From assembly GCF_009914755.1 (NCBI RefSeq), contig NC_060927.1: a stretch of DNA of 64,000 bases. One strand, given 5' to 3'. Position 1 is the stretch's first letter. The number at the start of each line of letters is the position of its first letter. Made by a program: the position numbers and the translations under genes. Positions 44,820 through 58,288 of this stretch are shown in pieces. The notes beneath the pieces are model-generated. The model was given only the letters and a program-made list of their open reading frames with translations, searched no databases and had not been told where the DNA came from. The DNA comes from the human T2T-CHM13v2.0 reference genome, Homo sapiens.

Positions 44820-45721
44820 GATGATGCCACCACTTGCCTACCCAGTTATTCTCCACTTCTTGCCCTGAGTTTTTCTTTCTCTCTCTCTCTTTTTTAACTT
44901 AGATAAAAAATAATCAGCTTCTTAACCTCCCTTGCATCTAGGAGTCATCAAAAAGATATCGGTTGATCAATAAGATCAATAAGAATTTGATAGGCAGGGC
45001 TTCCAAAAAAGTCTGTTGAAAAGGGAAGACTCAGATAACACAGTTTGTTAGTGTTTGCCTTTTGCCCAAGATCCTTCCCTCTTTCTTCTGCCTGTGATGC
45101 CCAGGGATGGAGTAGTCAGTTTGTAGCCTATGAGGACAAAAGTCCCATGGCAAGGCATAACCATGCAGAAAGATAGAAGGAACTGTGTCCCGCTGGCACT
45201 TTGAACTTCTTGAGGCATCTTGGGGAAAATAAGCCCCTCCTTGGTCTAGCAGTATGTGACAGTTAATTTCAGGTGTCAATTTGGCTAGGCCATGGTATCC
45301 AGATACTTGTTCAAACATATCTGGATGTCACTGTGAAGGTAATTTTTAGATGAGATTCATCATTAAATCAGTAGACTTTGAGTAAAACAGATTACCCTCC
45401 ATAATGTGAGTGGGCCTCATTCAATTAGTTGACAATTAGTTGACAGTCTTAGAAAAAGAGTAGCATCCCCCAGGGAAGAGGGAATTTTGCCAGCAGTCTG
45501 CTTTTGGACTTGAGTGGCAATATCAACTGTTCCTTGGGTATTTATTGTGTTGGCCTAACCTGCAGATTTTGGACTGAGATCTCAGCCTTCATAATCATGT
45601 GAGTGAACGGCTTAAAATCGATCATCTCTGTCTCTCTCTGGAGAACCCTGACTGCTACACCATTACACCATTCTAACTGGGTTTCTGTTCACTGAAACTG
45701 AATGCAATTCTCTCTGACACA
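44820..45721 (+). mobile_element. old MLT1 MaLR LTR interrupted by MLT2
   Basis: MLT1 motifs 'cctcccttgcatctagg', 'gaaagatagaaggaactgtgtccc', 3' end 'gggtttctgttcactg...tgacaca'. Confidence 0.6.
45255..45659 (+). mobile_element. MLT2C/D-like ERVL solo LTR
   Basis: 'tgtgacagttaatttcaggtgtcaatttggctaggccatgg...cagattaccctccataatgtg...tctggagaaccctgact'. Confidence 0.8.
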
Positions 45722-46089
45722 TCTGAGATCACCACTTCATACACTGTGTAACTGTGTAGGTGTCTGTGACCCTCAGCTTCCAGATCTACAAAATGGGAAT
45801 ATGAGTACTCCTGACTCCACAGGCTTGTTGGCTTACACACGAGACAGAATGTGTAAAAGTGCTGTGCTGTGTTAAGTTACAAAGCCCAATCGAAATGATA
45901 GGGATCATTATCATGGTGGGCTCACTGTCAATTCACGACTGTAAGTCTGTTATGATTGTATTCACTTAAAATAATAATATTCTTCAAATCTGACCATAAA
46001 AAGTCATTATAGAACATTTGAAAGTTCAAAAACGCATGAGGAAGAAAACACTCAACCACCTCCATCATTCCATAGCTACTGTCATCTAC

Positions 46090-46310
46090 CAATACCTAGC
46101 ATTTATTGAGTTATTATATAGCAGGCAATGTGTGAAGCAATTCAATGCATTATCTCTACCCTGTGAAGGTAGGTACTATTTTGGTGCCCATTTGGCATAT
46201 GGGTGAAAACTTGTCACCGGACATATAGCTAGTAAGTGGCAAATCCAGGATTCAAACCCAGGTCTGAATTATTCTAAAGCCCATGTATGTATCCAGCAAC
46301 ACATGGCGAT
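46090..46310 (-). mobile_element. MIR
   Basis: 'ctagcatttattgag...ctagtaagtggcaaatccaggattcaaacccaggtctg'. Confidence 0.65.
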
Positions 46311-46639
46311 GAGCTGTGTTCTTTAATAATGTATTGGCTACTACAAAATTGGAGTGTGATCAGGTAACCCTTACATCAGGAAAAATGGGGTATGCACATT
46401 GCTCAGCATATACACAAATCAAGACTCATATTACAAGGCTGCTAGCTCTCTTGTCAGGGATAACATTTTAATTTGAAATGAAGTGGAAGAATGTTTCATA
46501 TCAGCTACTCCGGTTAACACTGCTTTTTACTTCAGATAAAGATATCCCTTCTGTCAGGCACCCTGAAGTTTTTCTGTAAAAAGTTGTGTTCATTTGTTTC
46601 AAACTGCCCATACATCCATGGTCTCATTTCATTTTCCCT

Positions 46640-46815
46640 ATAGCCCGCTGAGTTAAGAGGGGCAGGTATTATTAACTCCATTTCACAGGTGAAAGAACTG
46701 AGCCCTAGAGAGGTTAACTAAGTTGCTTAAGGTCACACAGCAAATTAGTGGTACGACGGGGATTGGAAAGCCTAACGCCTGACATCCAGCGTGGTATGTT
46801 TTCCATCATGTAGTG
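46640..46815 (-). mobile_element. MIR
   Basis: 'tattattaactccatttcacaggtgaaagaactgagccctagagaggttaactaagttgcttaaggtcacacagc'. Confidence 0.7.
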
Positions 46816-48290
46816 CTCCATCACCTGTCACTCCCACCATTCCTGAGGGGCTTGGAGTTGATGGGGCATGCTATCAATTTCTCAGGGTAAAACTGTCCTA
46901 TCTGGGTAGGAAAATGCACACACACACACACACACATATACTAGACACACTGTAATTGCATCTGCCAAAATGGTTTTATAACAATCCAGTCAAGGATACA
47001 GAAAACTCCCAGGCTGCCTTTCAGAAACAAAGCCCAAAGGATCAATTTCATCATGAAATAGGATTTCCTCAGCTGTAGGTGGATGGGTAGGTGGGGAGGT
47101 GGATGAACTGCATTAACAATGGAACAGTGGACTGCAGGGTAAAAGCTCATTTGACATTCACTGCTATTAAGCAGTGGCAATGTAAACCTGGGGTAGCAAA
47201 GAGCAATACCCAGGAAAAAATACGAAGAAAAGTTTCAACTTAACCCTTCTGTAACTTTCTATTTATAAGTCTCAGGGTATTAAGTCTCATTCTTTAGAAA
47301 TAACAAATGCATATTTTGACTCACTCTGTAAGATATTTATAAGAAATAAAGAGCAAGGGGGTATTGATTAAGAAAAAACTAGGATGAGATTATAGATATA
47401 TTAATATGTGTTAATATACAACATATAATTACATATAATTAATATATAATAAATGTACAAATATATAATGTTATATAAATGACATGTCAATATATGAATA
47501 TATATATTTCAAGATCATATTCTTAACCTGAAACCAAAAAAAGTACAAATAGAGGTAACATATTGCATTGTCTATTTAGCATTGAAACCAGGATTTTCAG
47601 ATAGAAACATTTGCCTTTCCTAAGCTACGCAAGCCATCAGATATTTACCTCAGTGGCACTGGTCTCAGTGAAACATCTTAATGTCTCTTCTCTCAGTTGG
47701 TTAGATGAATGGATGTCATAAGGTAAAAAGAGGAACTGCAAGATTTGAAGCTCATAGAAAAAAGACTGGCACTGGGAATGGCAGTTACCGGGAGATTGAA
47801 ACAAGAAGGCTTCTAAATATGCTGTCAAAACCAGCACCAGTGACCTCTCATCAAGTGAGGGGCAGCACTAAAAGCTATACCTTCTAGAATGATGTTACCT
47901 TGAAAATCATGAGGAAATCTCAAGTGTCTTTCTACTACATTAGCAAAAGGAAGTTTAGGGAGTTTAGACACCAAGAGACTGGACCTTCTCAAAAGGGAAT
48001 TTGCCACAGAATCATAGATGTTCAAAATGTGAACCAAGCTTTCTTTCAAATAAAAGTGAATATCAGGGCTTAAAACAGAAAGACACATTTCATCAAAAAT
48101 GATTAGGGGCCCACGAGTGTTGACTGGGGAATGAGAATAGTGGGTAAGGTTAGGGGGAAAGCCAGAAAAAAAGGTGAATCAAATATACTTACACTAAAAA
48201 TCCTGGGGCTCCATGTGATCCAGTCACGGTACCTTGTCACAGAGAGAAATGTAATCAGGGATCCAGGAAGTTCTTTACAGGTTTACTTGG

Positions 48291-48859
48291 TGTGATGCTT
48301 AATATTAGGTGTCGACTAGATTGGATTGAAGGATGCCTAGATGGCTGGTGGAGTATTGTTTCTGGGTGTGTCTGTGAGGGTGTTGCCAGAAGAGACTGAC
48401 ATTTGAGTCAGTGGACTGGAGAGAAAGATCCACCTTCAGTGTGGGTGGGTACCATCCGATCGGCTGCCAGTGCAGCTAGACCAAATGCAGGTGGAAGAAG
48501 GTGCGATAAGCTGGCTTGCTGTGTCTTCTGGCTGCCTTCTTTCTCCCATGCTGGATGCCTCCTCCCATCCCTCCTGCCCTTGGACATCAGATTCCAGGTT
48601 CTTCAGTCTTTGGAACTCAGGAACTTGCAACAGTGGCTCAGACTTTGGCCACAGTCTGAAGCCTGCACTGTCAGCTTTTCTGGTTTGAGCCTTTCAGACT
48701 GAGCCACTACCAGCTTCTCTCTCTCTCAATTTGCAGACAGCCTATCCTGGGACTTTGCCTTGTAATGGTGTGAGCCAACTCTTCCTAATATATTCCCTTA
48801 TATATATACATACATATATCCTACTTGTTCTGTCCCTCTGGAGAACCCTGACTAATATA
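48291..48859 (+). mobile_element. MLT2A2-like (HERV-L) solo LTR
   Basis: 'tgtgatgcttaatattaggtgtcgactagattggattgaaggatgc...ctctggagaaccctgactaatata'; exact TSD cttgg. Confidence 0.88.
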
Positions 48860-50339
48860 CTTGGACACATGAAAAATTATTAAGAAGAGATGTCTATTCT
48901 TAATGCATTAAGAATACTGTAAAATTATTCTCTCCTCATCGCTGCCTTTCTGAAAATTCTTCATGTGGTTGGCAGCTGACTCAGGAGCACTCTCCTTCCT
49001 GGCACTTATCCAATGGCTCTAACACCCAATCTGGGCAGCCTGTCCGGCTTACTGTCTCCATCTCTCCACTCTTGCTTATGTACTTCAACACAGACTCTTT
49101 ATTTCTTTACTTTTATTTCTGTTTTCTTTACTTTAGGGAGGACCTGGGAGTTTACCCAGGAAGCTCAAATTCTTCCTGTATAGAAGCTAGGAAAATAGTG
49201 AAGATTGTGACTATCCATACTCGAATAATTTTATCCTATAACATCTCAACAGATTTTGTCTCTAAGAATTCTATTGTCTCAAATAAACCCAGAAGTTAGC
49301 ACTTTAACATGGGAGCCTTTTCAAATGGTAGAGGAGTCTCAAGGCCACATCTGACTCCAGAGATCATGGTGTTCCTACAACACTGAGATGATGATAGGAA
49401 CTACAGTTGAAAACAGATCTTTCTCCCCACATCACCTTGATCAAGTCAATAAATGTTAGTATATGCCAGGTACTGGGCTTGGTAGTAGGAACACAGAGAT
49501 AAGCAAGACAAGATCCTTATCCCTGAAGAAGTCACAGTTCAGTGTAGTATTTCTAAAATTGCATTCCTTAGAATGAAAGTGACCCTTGTAAAAATAATCC
49601 ATGGACCAAATACCTTTTGGAATGTGGCATGCTCAATCTCCTTTTGGACATTTTTCATGCTCATCCTAATGCTAAATGATTATATAAACTTCAGTTCTTT
49701 ACTCCAGCATTTCCCACATTTAACTCATCGCTGACCCATTTGGCTTGCAAAACTTACATCTTGAATTGAGCCTACAAATGTTAACAGAAATTCTACCATT
49801 AGCTTAAAAAACAGACAAATAACAGGCATTTTAAAGATAAAATAAGAAATAATCATAGCATTTTAATATAAAGTAAATAGTATTTCAACCAAAAGGCAAG
49901 TGAATCTGTATGTTGTCTTAATGGAGATTATATTTGTTTGCTCACTACAGTTTATAAGAACAGAGAGGATGATAAAGACACCACAATGATGACCATGCAC
50001 AGAGTGTTTCTATCAGCAAGCCTATATTGTGGGTCTTTACTCACAATATTTTATTTAATTCTTACCTCCCTTCTATGAAGTAGGAACTTATATTTCCCAT
50101 TTTCCTCCATAAAGAAATCAAGGTTCAGAGAATTTGTTAATTTGTCTGCTACGATCATGTGCCTGGTAAGTGATGGAAGTGAGATTCTAATCCAGACTAT
50201 TTACTCTGAAAACCTAGTGGCTCCCAATTCTAGTTATATATCCCAGAGAATCTACTGTTAACTGATTTAAAATGTCCATTAGCAGAGAAACAGATTAACA
50301 AAATTTGGTGTCTTCACATGATAGATGATCAGATGGCTA

Positions 50340-52870
50340 TCAGACTATCTGTGGCTTCTGAACAGAAATAAGAAAGAGGCTTTGGCAAGCTCTAGATTAG
50401 AATCAAAGAAAGGCTTTCCCTCTTGTTAAGCAACTCTTGTTCTATTGCGCCCCAACAAGAGACAGAATGTTTCAAGATAGGACACCAGGTGACTGTGTGG
50501 CCTGAGCTGCCCAACCTGAATTGGGTGTTGTTTTATCCACTGTCTATTACATTGGGTGCACTCAGCAGCAGCTGTCTGTATCAAATGAAAGTAGATTACA
50601 CAGGATTGTACTATTAGGCTTACTCTGGCTATCCCTGTTTTAACCCAAACCTAAGACTTCATGGGGCATTTTTTATGTAGTTACCTGAAGAAGGAAAAAA
50701 ATAAAGCCTACTTTACAGACAACATTGCACGATAAGCTAGCTCCAGCCTGAAGTGGACCCTGAATATTATAACCCCACTCAAGGTGAGTAGCCCTAAAGG
50801 ACATTGAAGAAGAAAAATCCCATCAGTGGGCAAAACTTCAAATAATTACCTCTTGTGGTCAACACTGCCTGGAAAAATAGTTGGCCTGAGGTATTGTTCC
50901 ACGTTAATTCATGGGCTCATGAATGAGGCATTAGGAAGAAAAAGAGGGGAAGACTGAAAGGGAAGGGAACAAATACACAGTAAGGCTTCTCAAACTTTTA
51001 CCAGAGTGTGAAAATATCTGTCTATGTGAATGTAGACTAGAAGGTCCCCACTGTGGAGAAGGCACTCAGTAGCTAGGTAGGCAAGGCCTCTTTCCCTGCC
51101 AACTCAGAGCTTAATCAGCATATTCATAAAAGCTATTTAGTATCTCCGGTGGCCAAATACAGAGGTTTGCATGGGCTGACCAATAAGGACTTCACCAGTT
51201 CTGGCCACTGCCACTCCCAAATGTACCGCTTGCTAGAAACATCAATAAGGAAATCTGTTGGAGAGTTAGTTTTTTGATTCAGTGAATACCAATGTGCTCT
51301 CCCACATTTCCTCTACCTTTTGTGGTAAGGTGGGGCCATGTGACTAGTGCAGGCCAACGGGCTACGAGGAAACAGAAACCTGTCATGCCTGTGAGGGGCC
51401 CTGGCAAGGCATACCGCCTGACCTGCACACCAAGTGATGAGGTCAGAGAATGCCAGATTGCTCTGCATTCTCTGTATAGAGGAAAATTGCCCCGCAAACT
51501 GCCTGATTAATATACCAATCCTGAATCAAAGATACAGAAAAATACCCTGACTGGACCCTCCAGCCACCTGGGGGCATGCTGTTTGTATGGACCCCATCTA
51601 TCATAGAGGAGATGAAAATGTATACTTCTTGGAAAAGACATATACTCAATAAGAATTATTTCCCTGTTTGCCAGGCTTCTGTGAACAACCTTAAATGTTT
51701 TATTCACCTTGATGGTCTCCCACAGAACCTTCTTGACTAAGAAACTCATTTTATATGTACATATATTTATATGTACATATATTAAAAAGTAAAGCAATTT
51801 AGTTGGTGCTCATGGGATTCCATAGTCTCACCTAGTACCCCATCCTCAACAGTGGAATGGCCAGTTAATAACTTGGCTGTGGTTCCAGTTAAAAGACAAC
51901 ACCCTGAAAAGCTAAAGGACTATCCTACAGGCTGCAGAACGTTCTCTTAACTAGTGATTAATTATAGTGCTATTTTCCCATACCAAGAATATATATGTCC
52001 AGGGGTCAAAGGGGAGAGGGGAGAGCAGTGCCTTTCACCATTACACAGAACAAATCACTCATTTTGCTTTCCTTACCAGGAAATTTGAGGTCTGCTGTTG
52101 TAGAGGTCTTACAACTCAAGTGAAAAATGCTTCCAACAATAGATATGATAAAAGAAAAACTTCAGCCGAGTTAAATTTAAAGGACTTTAATTGAGCAATG
52201 AATGATTCACGAATCGGGCAGCCCCCAGAATCACAGCAGATTCACAGACTCCAGGGGTGCCTCATGGTCAGAACAAATTTATAGACAAAAAAGGTAAAGT
52301 GACGTACAGGAATCAGAAGTCGGGTATAGAAACAGTGAGATTGGTTACAGCTCAGTGTTTGCCTTGTGTGAACGCAGTTTGAACATTCAGCAGTCTATGT
52401 GTGGTTGAAGTATGGCCGCTGGGATTGGCCAACACTCAGCTATTGTTACAGGTGCATACTATTAACTTAGGTTTTCAATTTTGTCTGTTAAGCTAGGTTA
52501 CAGTTCATCCACAAAGACTCAAATATAGAAGTATGGCCTTTTCAGGCCATATTTAGTTTGCTTTAGCAGATGCAAGAGTGTTTCTATGAAATTGGAAGCT
52601 GAAACTGTCCAGTGGACATTTTGGACACCTCACACCCCACTCAAACTGAGTAAAAAGGGAGTTATTGTGTTGGGAGGGGTCATTAGTCTTGATTATCAGT
52701 TGGGAAATGAAGTTCCTGCTCAGCAATGGAGGCCATGAAGAGAATACCTACCATGCAGGTAAATCCTCTGGAGTATTCCTGCTACTGCCGTGTGCCATGG
52801 TAAAGGGTTAGACTCCAGCAACCCCAAATGAGCAGAAGCATTGAGGGTTTCCTGGATAGAATTACTGATG
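50340..52870 (+). mobile_element. degraded ERVL internal region (RT-connection/RNase H, integrase, dUTPase remnants)
   Basis: ORF 50423 'ETECFKIGHQVTVWPELPNLNWVL' resembles ERVL pol 'ETExLTMGHQVTMRPELPIMNWVL'; 'LKDIEEEKSHQWAKLQ' ~50795; dUTPase-like 'NWKLKLSSGHFG...KKGVIVLGGVISLDYQ' ~52590-52700; many stops and frameshifts. Confidence 0.8.
52146..52568 (-). mobile_element. MER57-like ERV1 solo LTR inserted in ERVL dUTPase remnant
   Basis: 'tgataaaagaaaaacttcagccgagttaaatttaaagg...aggccatatttagtttgctttagca'; TSD gata / gatg. Confidence 0.8.
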
Positions 52871-52989
52871 GACTGTTTGTTCAAGGGTAAGTTAGAGTAT
52901 GTTAAGTCAGAGCAAGGTATTATAACTTGAAAGTTGAAACATGGAGAAAAAAAAAAAGGAGTATTATTGATATTTGGTACCAAGAAAGG

Positions 52990-53595
52990 GATCAGAGCGA
53001 AATTTGTCTCGCGTGGCTGCCCAATATCCTCTGGATATTCTTGCTCATAATAATGTTTGCTCCACATCATGAATTCTTCCTTTTCAAAGGGAATTTCAGA
53101 AAACTCATATCCTTTGCAGCTAAGGAGCAGGCATGCGGTCTGCTCTCCTCTTCTCAGGCCACACAAGACTTCACTGTGGAAGTGAGCAATGAGGAAAAAC
53201 AGGCTATGTGTGGACATTCATTTTTCCAGTATAGGCAGTGAGAAAGGTATCCAGATTTGGGGATGTTAGGATAAATTGCAATAAAATTAAATCCTTCGTA
53301 TCCTAGATGTTACAGTCAGGAAAACATTGTGGTATCCAGTAAGTAGATGGTGACAATTGCCTCATAAGCCCAGTTCTAAGAAAATGTTCTGCAGTCAACA
53401 GCATGTCAATGGCTGTTTTCTGACCAGACCAGTTCTGCAACATAGTTTTGGACATTGTTCCCAAAAGCTTAGCCTCAAGCTTATTTCTCTGGGTCTACAA
53501 TGATTCTTCCAAATGCCCCATATCCTTTAATAAATTCCTTCTCTATTTAAATTAGAGCCCATTCTATTGTTTGCAACTAATGCTCCTGACCATAT
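52990..53595 (+). mobile_element. old ERVL/MaLR-class LTR
   Basis: 3' end 'taataaattccttctctatttaaattagagcccattctattgtttgcaactaa'; subfamily and 5' boundary uncertain. Confidence 0.5.
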
Positions 53596-55103
53596 TTTCC
53601 TTCTCCCACTTTCAATACCCAGGCAAAGATTGTTTTAATCATTCACAACCTAACAGTTCTCTCTCAGGAAAGTCTAATCTAGCAATATTTTTTTCTGTGG
53701 AATCTGCAACCTACTCCTTTACCTTTAAGCCATAAGCAGTGAATGAAACTGACTCCTATTTCCAGAATCCCACCTGCATTCCTTTTCCAACTCAATCTTC
53801 TTTCTTAGCCTAAGGCTAGCCTATTTATTGTATGAAATATTCTTTTCTGTCAGTGAACATGGCAACATCTTTGGCTAAGTCAAAAGCCTAACTCTTCATC
53901 TAGCTTTCAACTTGGAAGCACATCCCTGGACACACCTATGCTTTGAAAGTAATATTTATCTCTCTCTCTCTCTATCCCACTGTTCAACAATCATTTTGTC
54001 TGCTTTTTTTGAGTTACACTTTGCATATCAATACTCTTTCTGAAAACTCCTCCAAAGTGTTAAATATCTGGCATAGTCATTTCAAAACAGGAACGGAGTG
54101 GTCTGCATGTTAAAGAAGGCAAGAATGCCAGAAATTGTCCCATTTCCCATGTTGATCAGTGACTGTGTAACTCAGACACGTTGCAGAGGCCTACATGGCC
54201 TACTTCCTGAGAGGGGGGTCTCACTGCCTTGTCAGGATTCCAGTTTAAGAGCACAGGGCAAGTGAGACCACTGAATACAGTCATTTAAAAAGTGCTACAG
54301 GAAAGTATTTAAATAGTCATCTTATAGAAGGGGGTGAAAAAGCACATTTATTGATGCAGTAATTAAAAAAAGATTTAGATCCAGTGTGTCAATTCCCATA
54401 GAATCCCACTTAGCCCCCTTATCTATGTCAAAGCAAACTCAGTTTCACATCAGCAGTGCTTCTCATTTATCTTAATGCTAAGGATTTATTTCTTATGCAA
54501 AATTGTTCATTTTCACCAGCCTGGAACTTTAAAAAAATTCACATTCTCTTCTTCAAGAATTTTTATTAAGCCAAGATGTCATCAAGCTGAAAATCTCAGA
54601 CACAATTTTGGCTCTCTTCTGCAGGAAACTCAGAGGAGTGCCCAATCCAGGCAACAGCAGATTAGCACTGGCACTGCTGACAGGTTCTTAAAAGTGTTGG
54701 AAAGAGAAGAACAAAGGTGGTGTACAATGATTGACAAAGATTTCTGCTATAAACTAAAGTTGAACCAATAAATATGTCTAGACTCTGCCATGACTATCTG
54801 TGGCCTGGAAGCTGCATTCTTCAGAAGAAAAAAAAAAGTTGCAGTTGGAATTTGGAATGGTTTTGCCCCCATGATGTGCACACAGGACTTTGATGAGTAG
54901 TCTGATATGCAGAAGCATCCAGATTATCACTGAGATAGAAATGAAACATCCAGATGATAGATTAAGTAGATTGTTCACTTCTCATCTATATATATATATT
55001 TGACATCATAGAGGCATAATCAAAATCTGAGTAGGTAAAGTCACTAACCAGAATACGAATACCAAGTTACCTGTGTGGTTTCATGGAAAAATAATAGGGG
55101 AAT

Positions 55104-55791
55104 TGACATCATCTTTGTAAATGTTGTATCAATGAGAAAATTATGACAGTCGGGGAGATCTGATCTAGCCCATCTGCCTCCTGTCTTTAGCATTCAAGCT
55201 GCCAAGCTAGCTTTGGGAGACATTTACTTTACAGTTTAAATGATAATAACCCTTCCCCCCAACTCAACTGCCTTTGTAAAGCTAATGAGGGACCAACTGA
55301 GGGAAGGAGAGATGCCTGGATGCTGCTAAGGTACAGACATGAACAATTGCCAGCCATTATTCCAGAGATCACAAGATTTGCAACTTCCCTAATTACTCCT
55401 GCAGGCAACATCACTATTGTAGATTGGCCTTTTGAGATACTGTTTCAGGTTTTTTGCATGTCTGGCACCCATGGCTCTACTTGGACCCACCAACTGATGG
55501 TTCCTCTGGCCAGAAGCAACTCAGTGTAAGAGGACAGCTTCAACTCCCTATGATTAAATCTCCAACCCAGCCAATCGGCAGCAAACACCCATTGCATAGC
55601 CATCCCTGCGCCTTCGCCCAAACTACCTTTGAAAAGCCCCTAACCTACAAGCCTTCTATGAGATTGATTTGAATAATAACTCCATCTCCGGCATGGTGTG
55701 GCTGGCCTTCTGTCAACTAAACTCTTTCTTTACTGCAATTCCATGGTCTCTGTTTGTGTAGCAGGCAGGAAGAACCCACTGGGTGGTCACA
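55104..55791 (+). mobile_element. LTR8-family (MER4 group, ERV1) solo LTR
   Basis: 'aaattatgacagt...gagatctgatctagcc', 'gagatcacaagatttgcaacttccctaattactcctgcag'; exact TSD gaat. Confidence 0.8.
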
Positions 55792-56817
55792 GAATTTCAA
55801 GGCTGCAAAGAGTCAGACTTTACTCAAATATTCTAGGCAAAAAAAATAGAATTTAAGGGTTACGATCTGCACAATCATGGTCAAAATCAAAGACACATCG
55901 AAACAGTTAAAACGCAACAGTTATCCCAAGGTCAAAACCAAGAATATTTATTTATTAGTGTACCCTGTAGCTCTGTACCCAATTAAGCCCAAACATCTCC
56001 CTAGACTTCATCTCCATAATCATATGGGTATCTGATACCCGTCAATGCAATTTTCTTGATCACTAATGAAACATTCCTTGTTCATTGCATTAGTCTTTAT
56101 AATCACAATATTAAATCATTTTCCCTGGTGTTTTCCCCTAGCAACAATTTATGAGCCATTACAGAATTTCTGTTTTTTTTCTGTGTCTTCTCTCTTCTCA
56201 TAAGTTAAACCATTCCAGTATCTTGCAAATGACCAGACAACTACTTTAAGACTTTGGTTGTAACTAGAGCTTCCTACCAAGCTATGTAATTAAGCCACAG
56301 TATCTTTGCTCTTCTAGCTTACAAGATAATCATCTGATTCCCTTTTGTTAAACTATTTGCCCTTTGGCCTTACAGTTTATTCACTTGGGAACTAGATTAC
56401 AGTTTCCCAGACTATATAGCTACAGAGAAATTATTGTGACTTATTATAAGTTTAATTCATGCCAAACAATACCAGTCTGATTTCTGGCTTAATACCACCT
56501 TCTTTCATAAAGCTGGACCATCATTTTGCCTTTAATCATCTTCTTGATTAGTATTTTTCCAAGTGTTTCTCAACTCATTTCTTCTATAGAATTAAAACAT
56601 TCCTACTGGATGGGCTACTCATTTTAAGGATTTAAAATTTTCAGTCTGGATTTGGGGTTACACCTTTGATGGATGAGCTTAAGGAAGATACGAAAATGGC
56701 AAAATTATCTTCATGATGACATCATAATGGATAGAACAAAGTAAATTTTATAAAATGGTTTCACGTGCCTTATTCCATTTGATACTTAACAGACTTGAGA
56801 ACTGGACAGAGTAGATA

Positions 56818-57642
<825 letters not shown>

Positions 57643-57942
57643 TATTACTATGCCCATCTTTATAAAGCAGTGGTTTCCAAACTGTGTTAATGCAGACCAA
57701 ATTCATGACATTGTTTCAACCAGTGCAGCTCCTTTCATATTAGTTTTTTAAAAAAACACATCTAAGTAAGATCACCATTTGAAATGAATAGAGTGTATGT
57801 TGGCTTTTAAATAAGGAATGTTTAAATGCCCCTGATAGAGGAAGAAACCAAAGCTCAGTACAAATGGTAAACTCACATCTCCACCTGTAAACACCAGGTA
57901 AAAATTGAAGGAGCAGGGACAACCACCCAAGTCTCCAGCCTG

Positions 57943-58266
57943 TGAGACAGCCAGGTGAGGAGGGGTCCCCAGAAGACCTCCAACTGGCCTGTGCACCGGG
58001 GTGGAGCCTCGGGAATTTCATCATGTTTGCAGCGGGGAGGAGCCTGGCCCTTCCTTTTCCTGTGTGGAACCTGGGATTCAAGCTGTGGGCGGGAAGTGCT
58101 CTATCAGGGACTCAAGCCTTGGGAGACTCCCTCTTTCCCCTTTACTTCTTTTTCACCCAATAAAACCCTGCTCACCCTCTCCATCGGTCTGTGAACCTAA
58201 ATTTTCGTGGCTGTGGGACGGACAAGGACCCTGTCTTTAACTGAACTATGGAAAAGTCCTGCAATA
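57943..58266 (+). repeat. 5' LTR (MER61-like)
   Basis: 'tgagacagccaggtg...gaaaagtcctgcaata'; AATAAA ~58159. Confidence 0.9.
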
Positions 58267-58270
58267 TTTT

Positions 58271-58288
58271 TGGCGCCCAACGTGGGGA
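58271..58288 (+). other. primer-binding site, tRNA-Lys(CUU; Lys1,2)
   Basis: TGGCGCCCAACGTGGGGA, 17/18 to TGGCGCCCAACGTGGGGC. Confidence 0.85.

Noticed and set aside
52720-53217. 165-aa minus-strand ORF
   Set aside because: Antisense to ERVL/LTR-derived sequence; no homology recognised.
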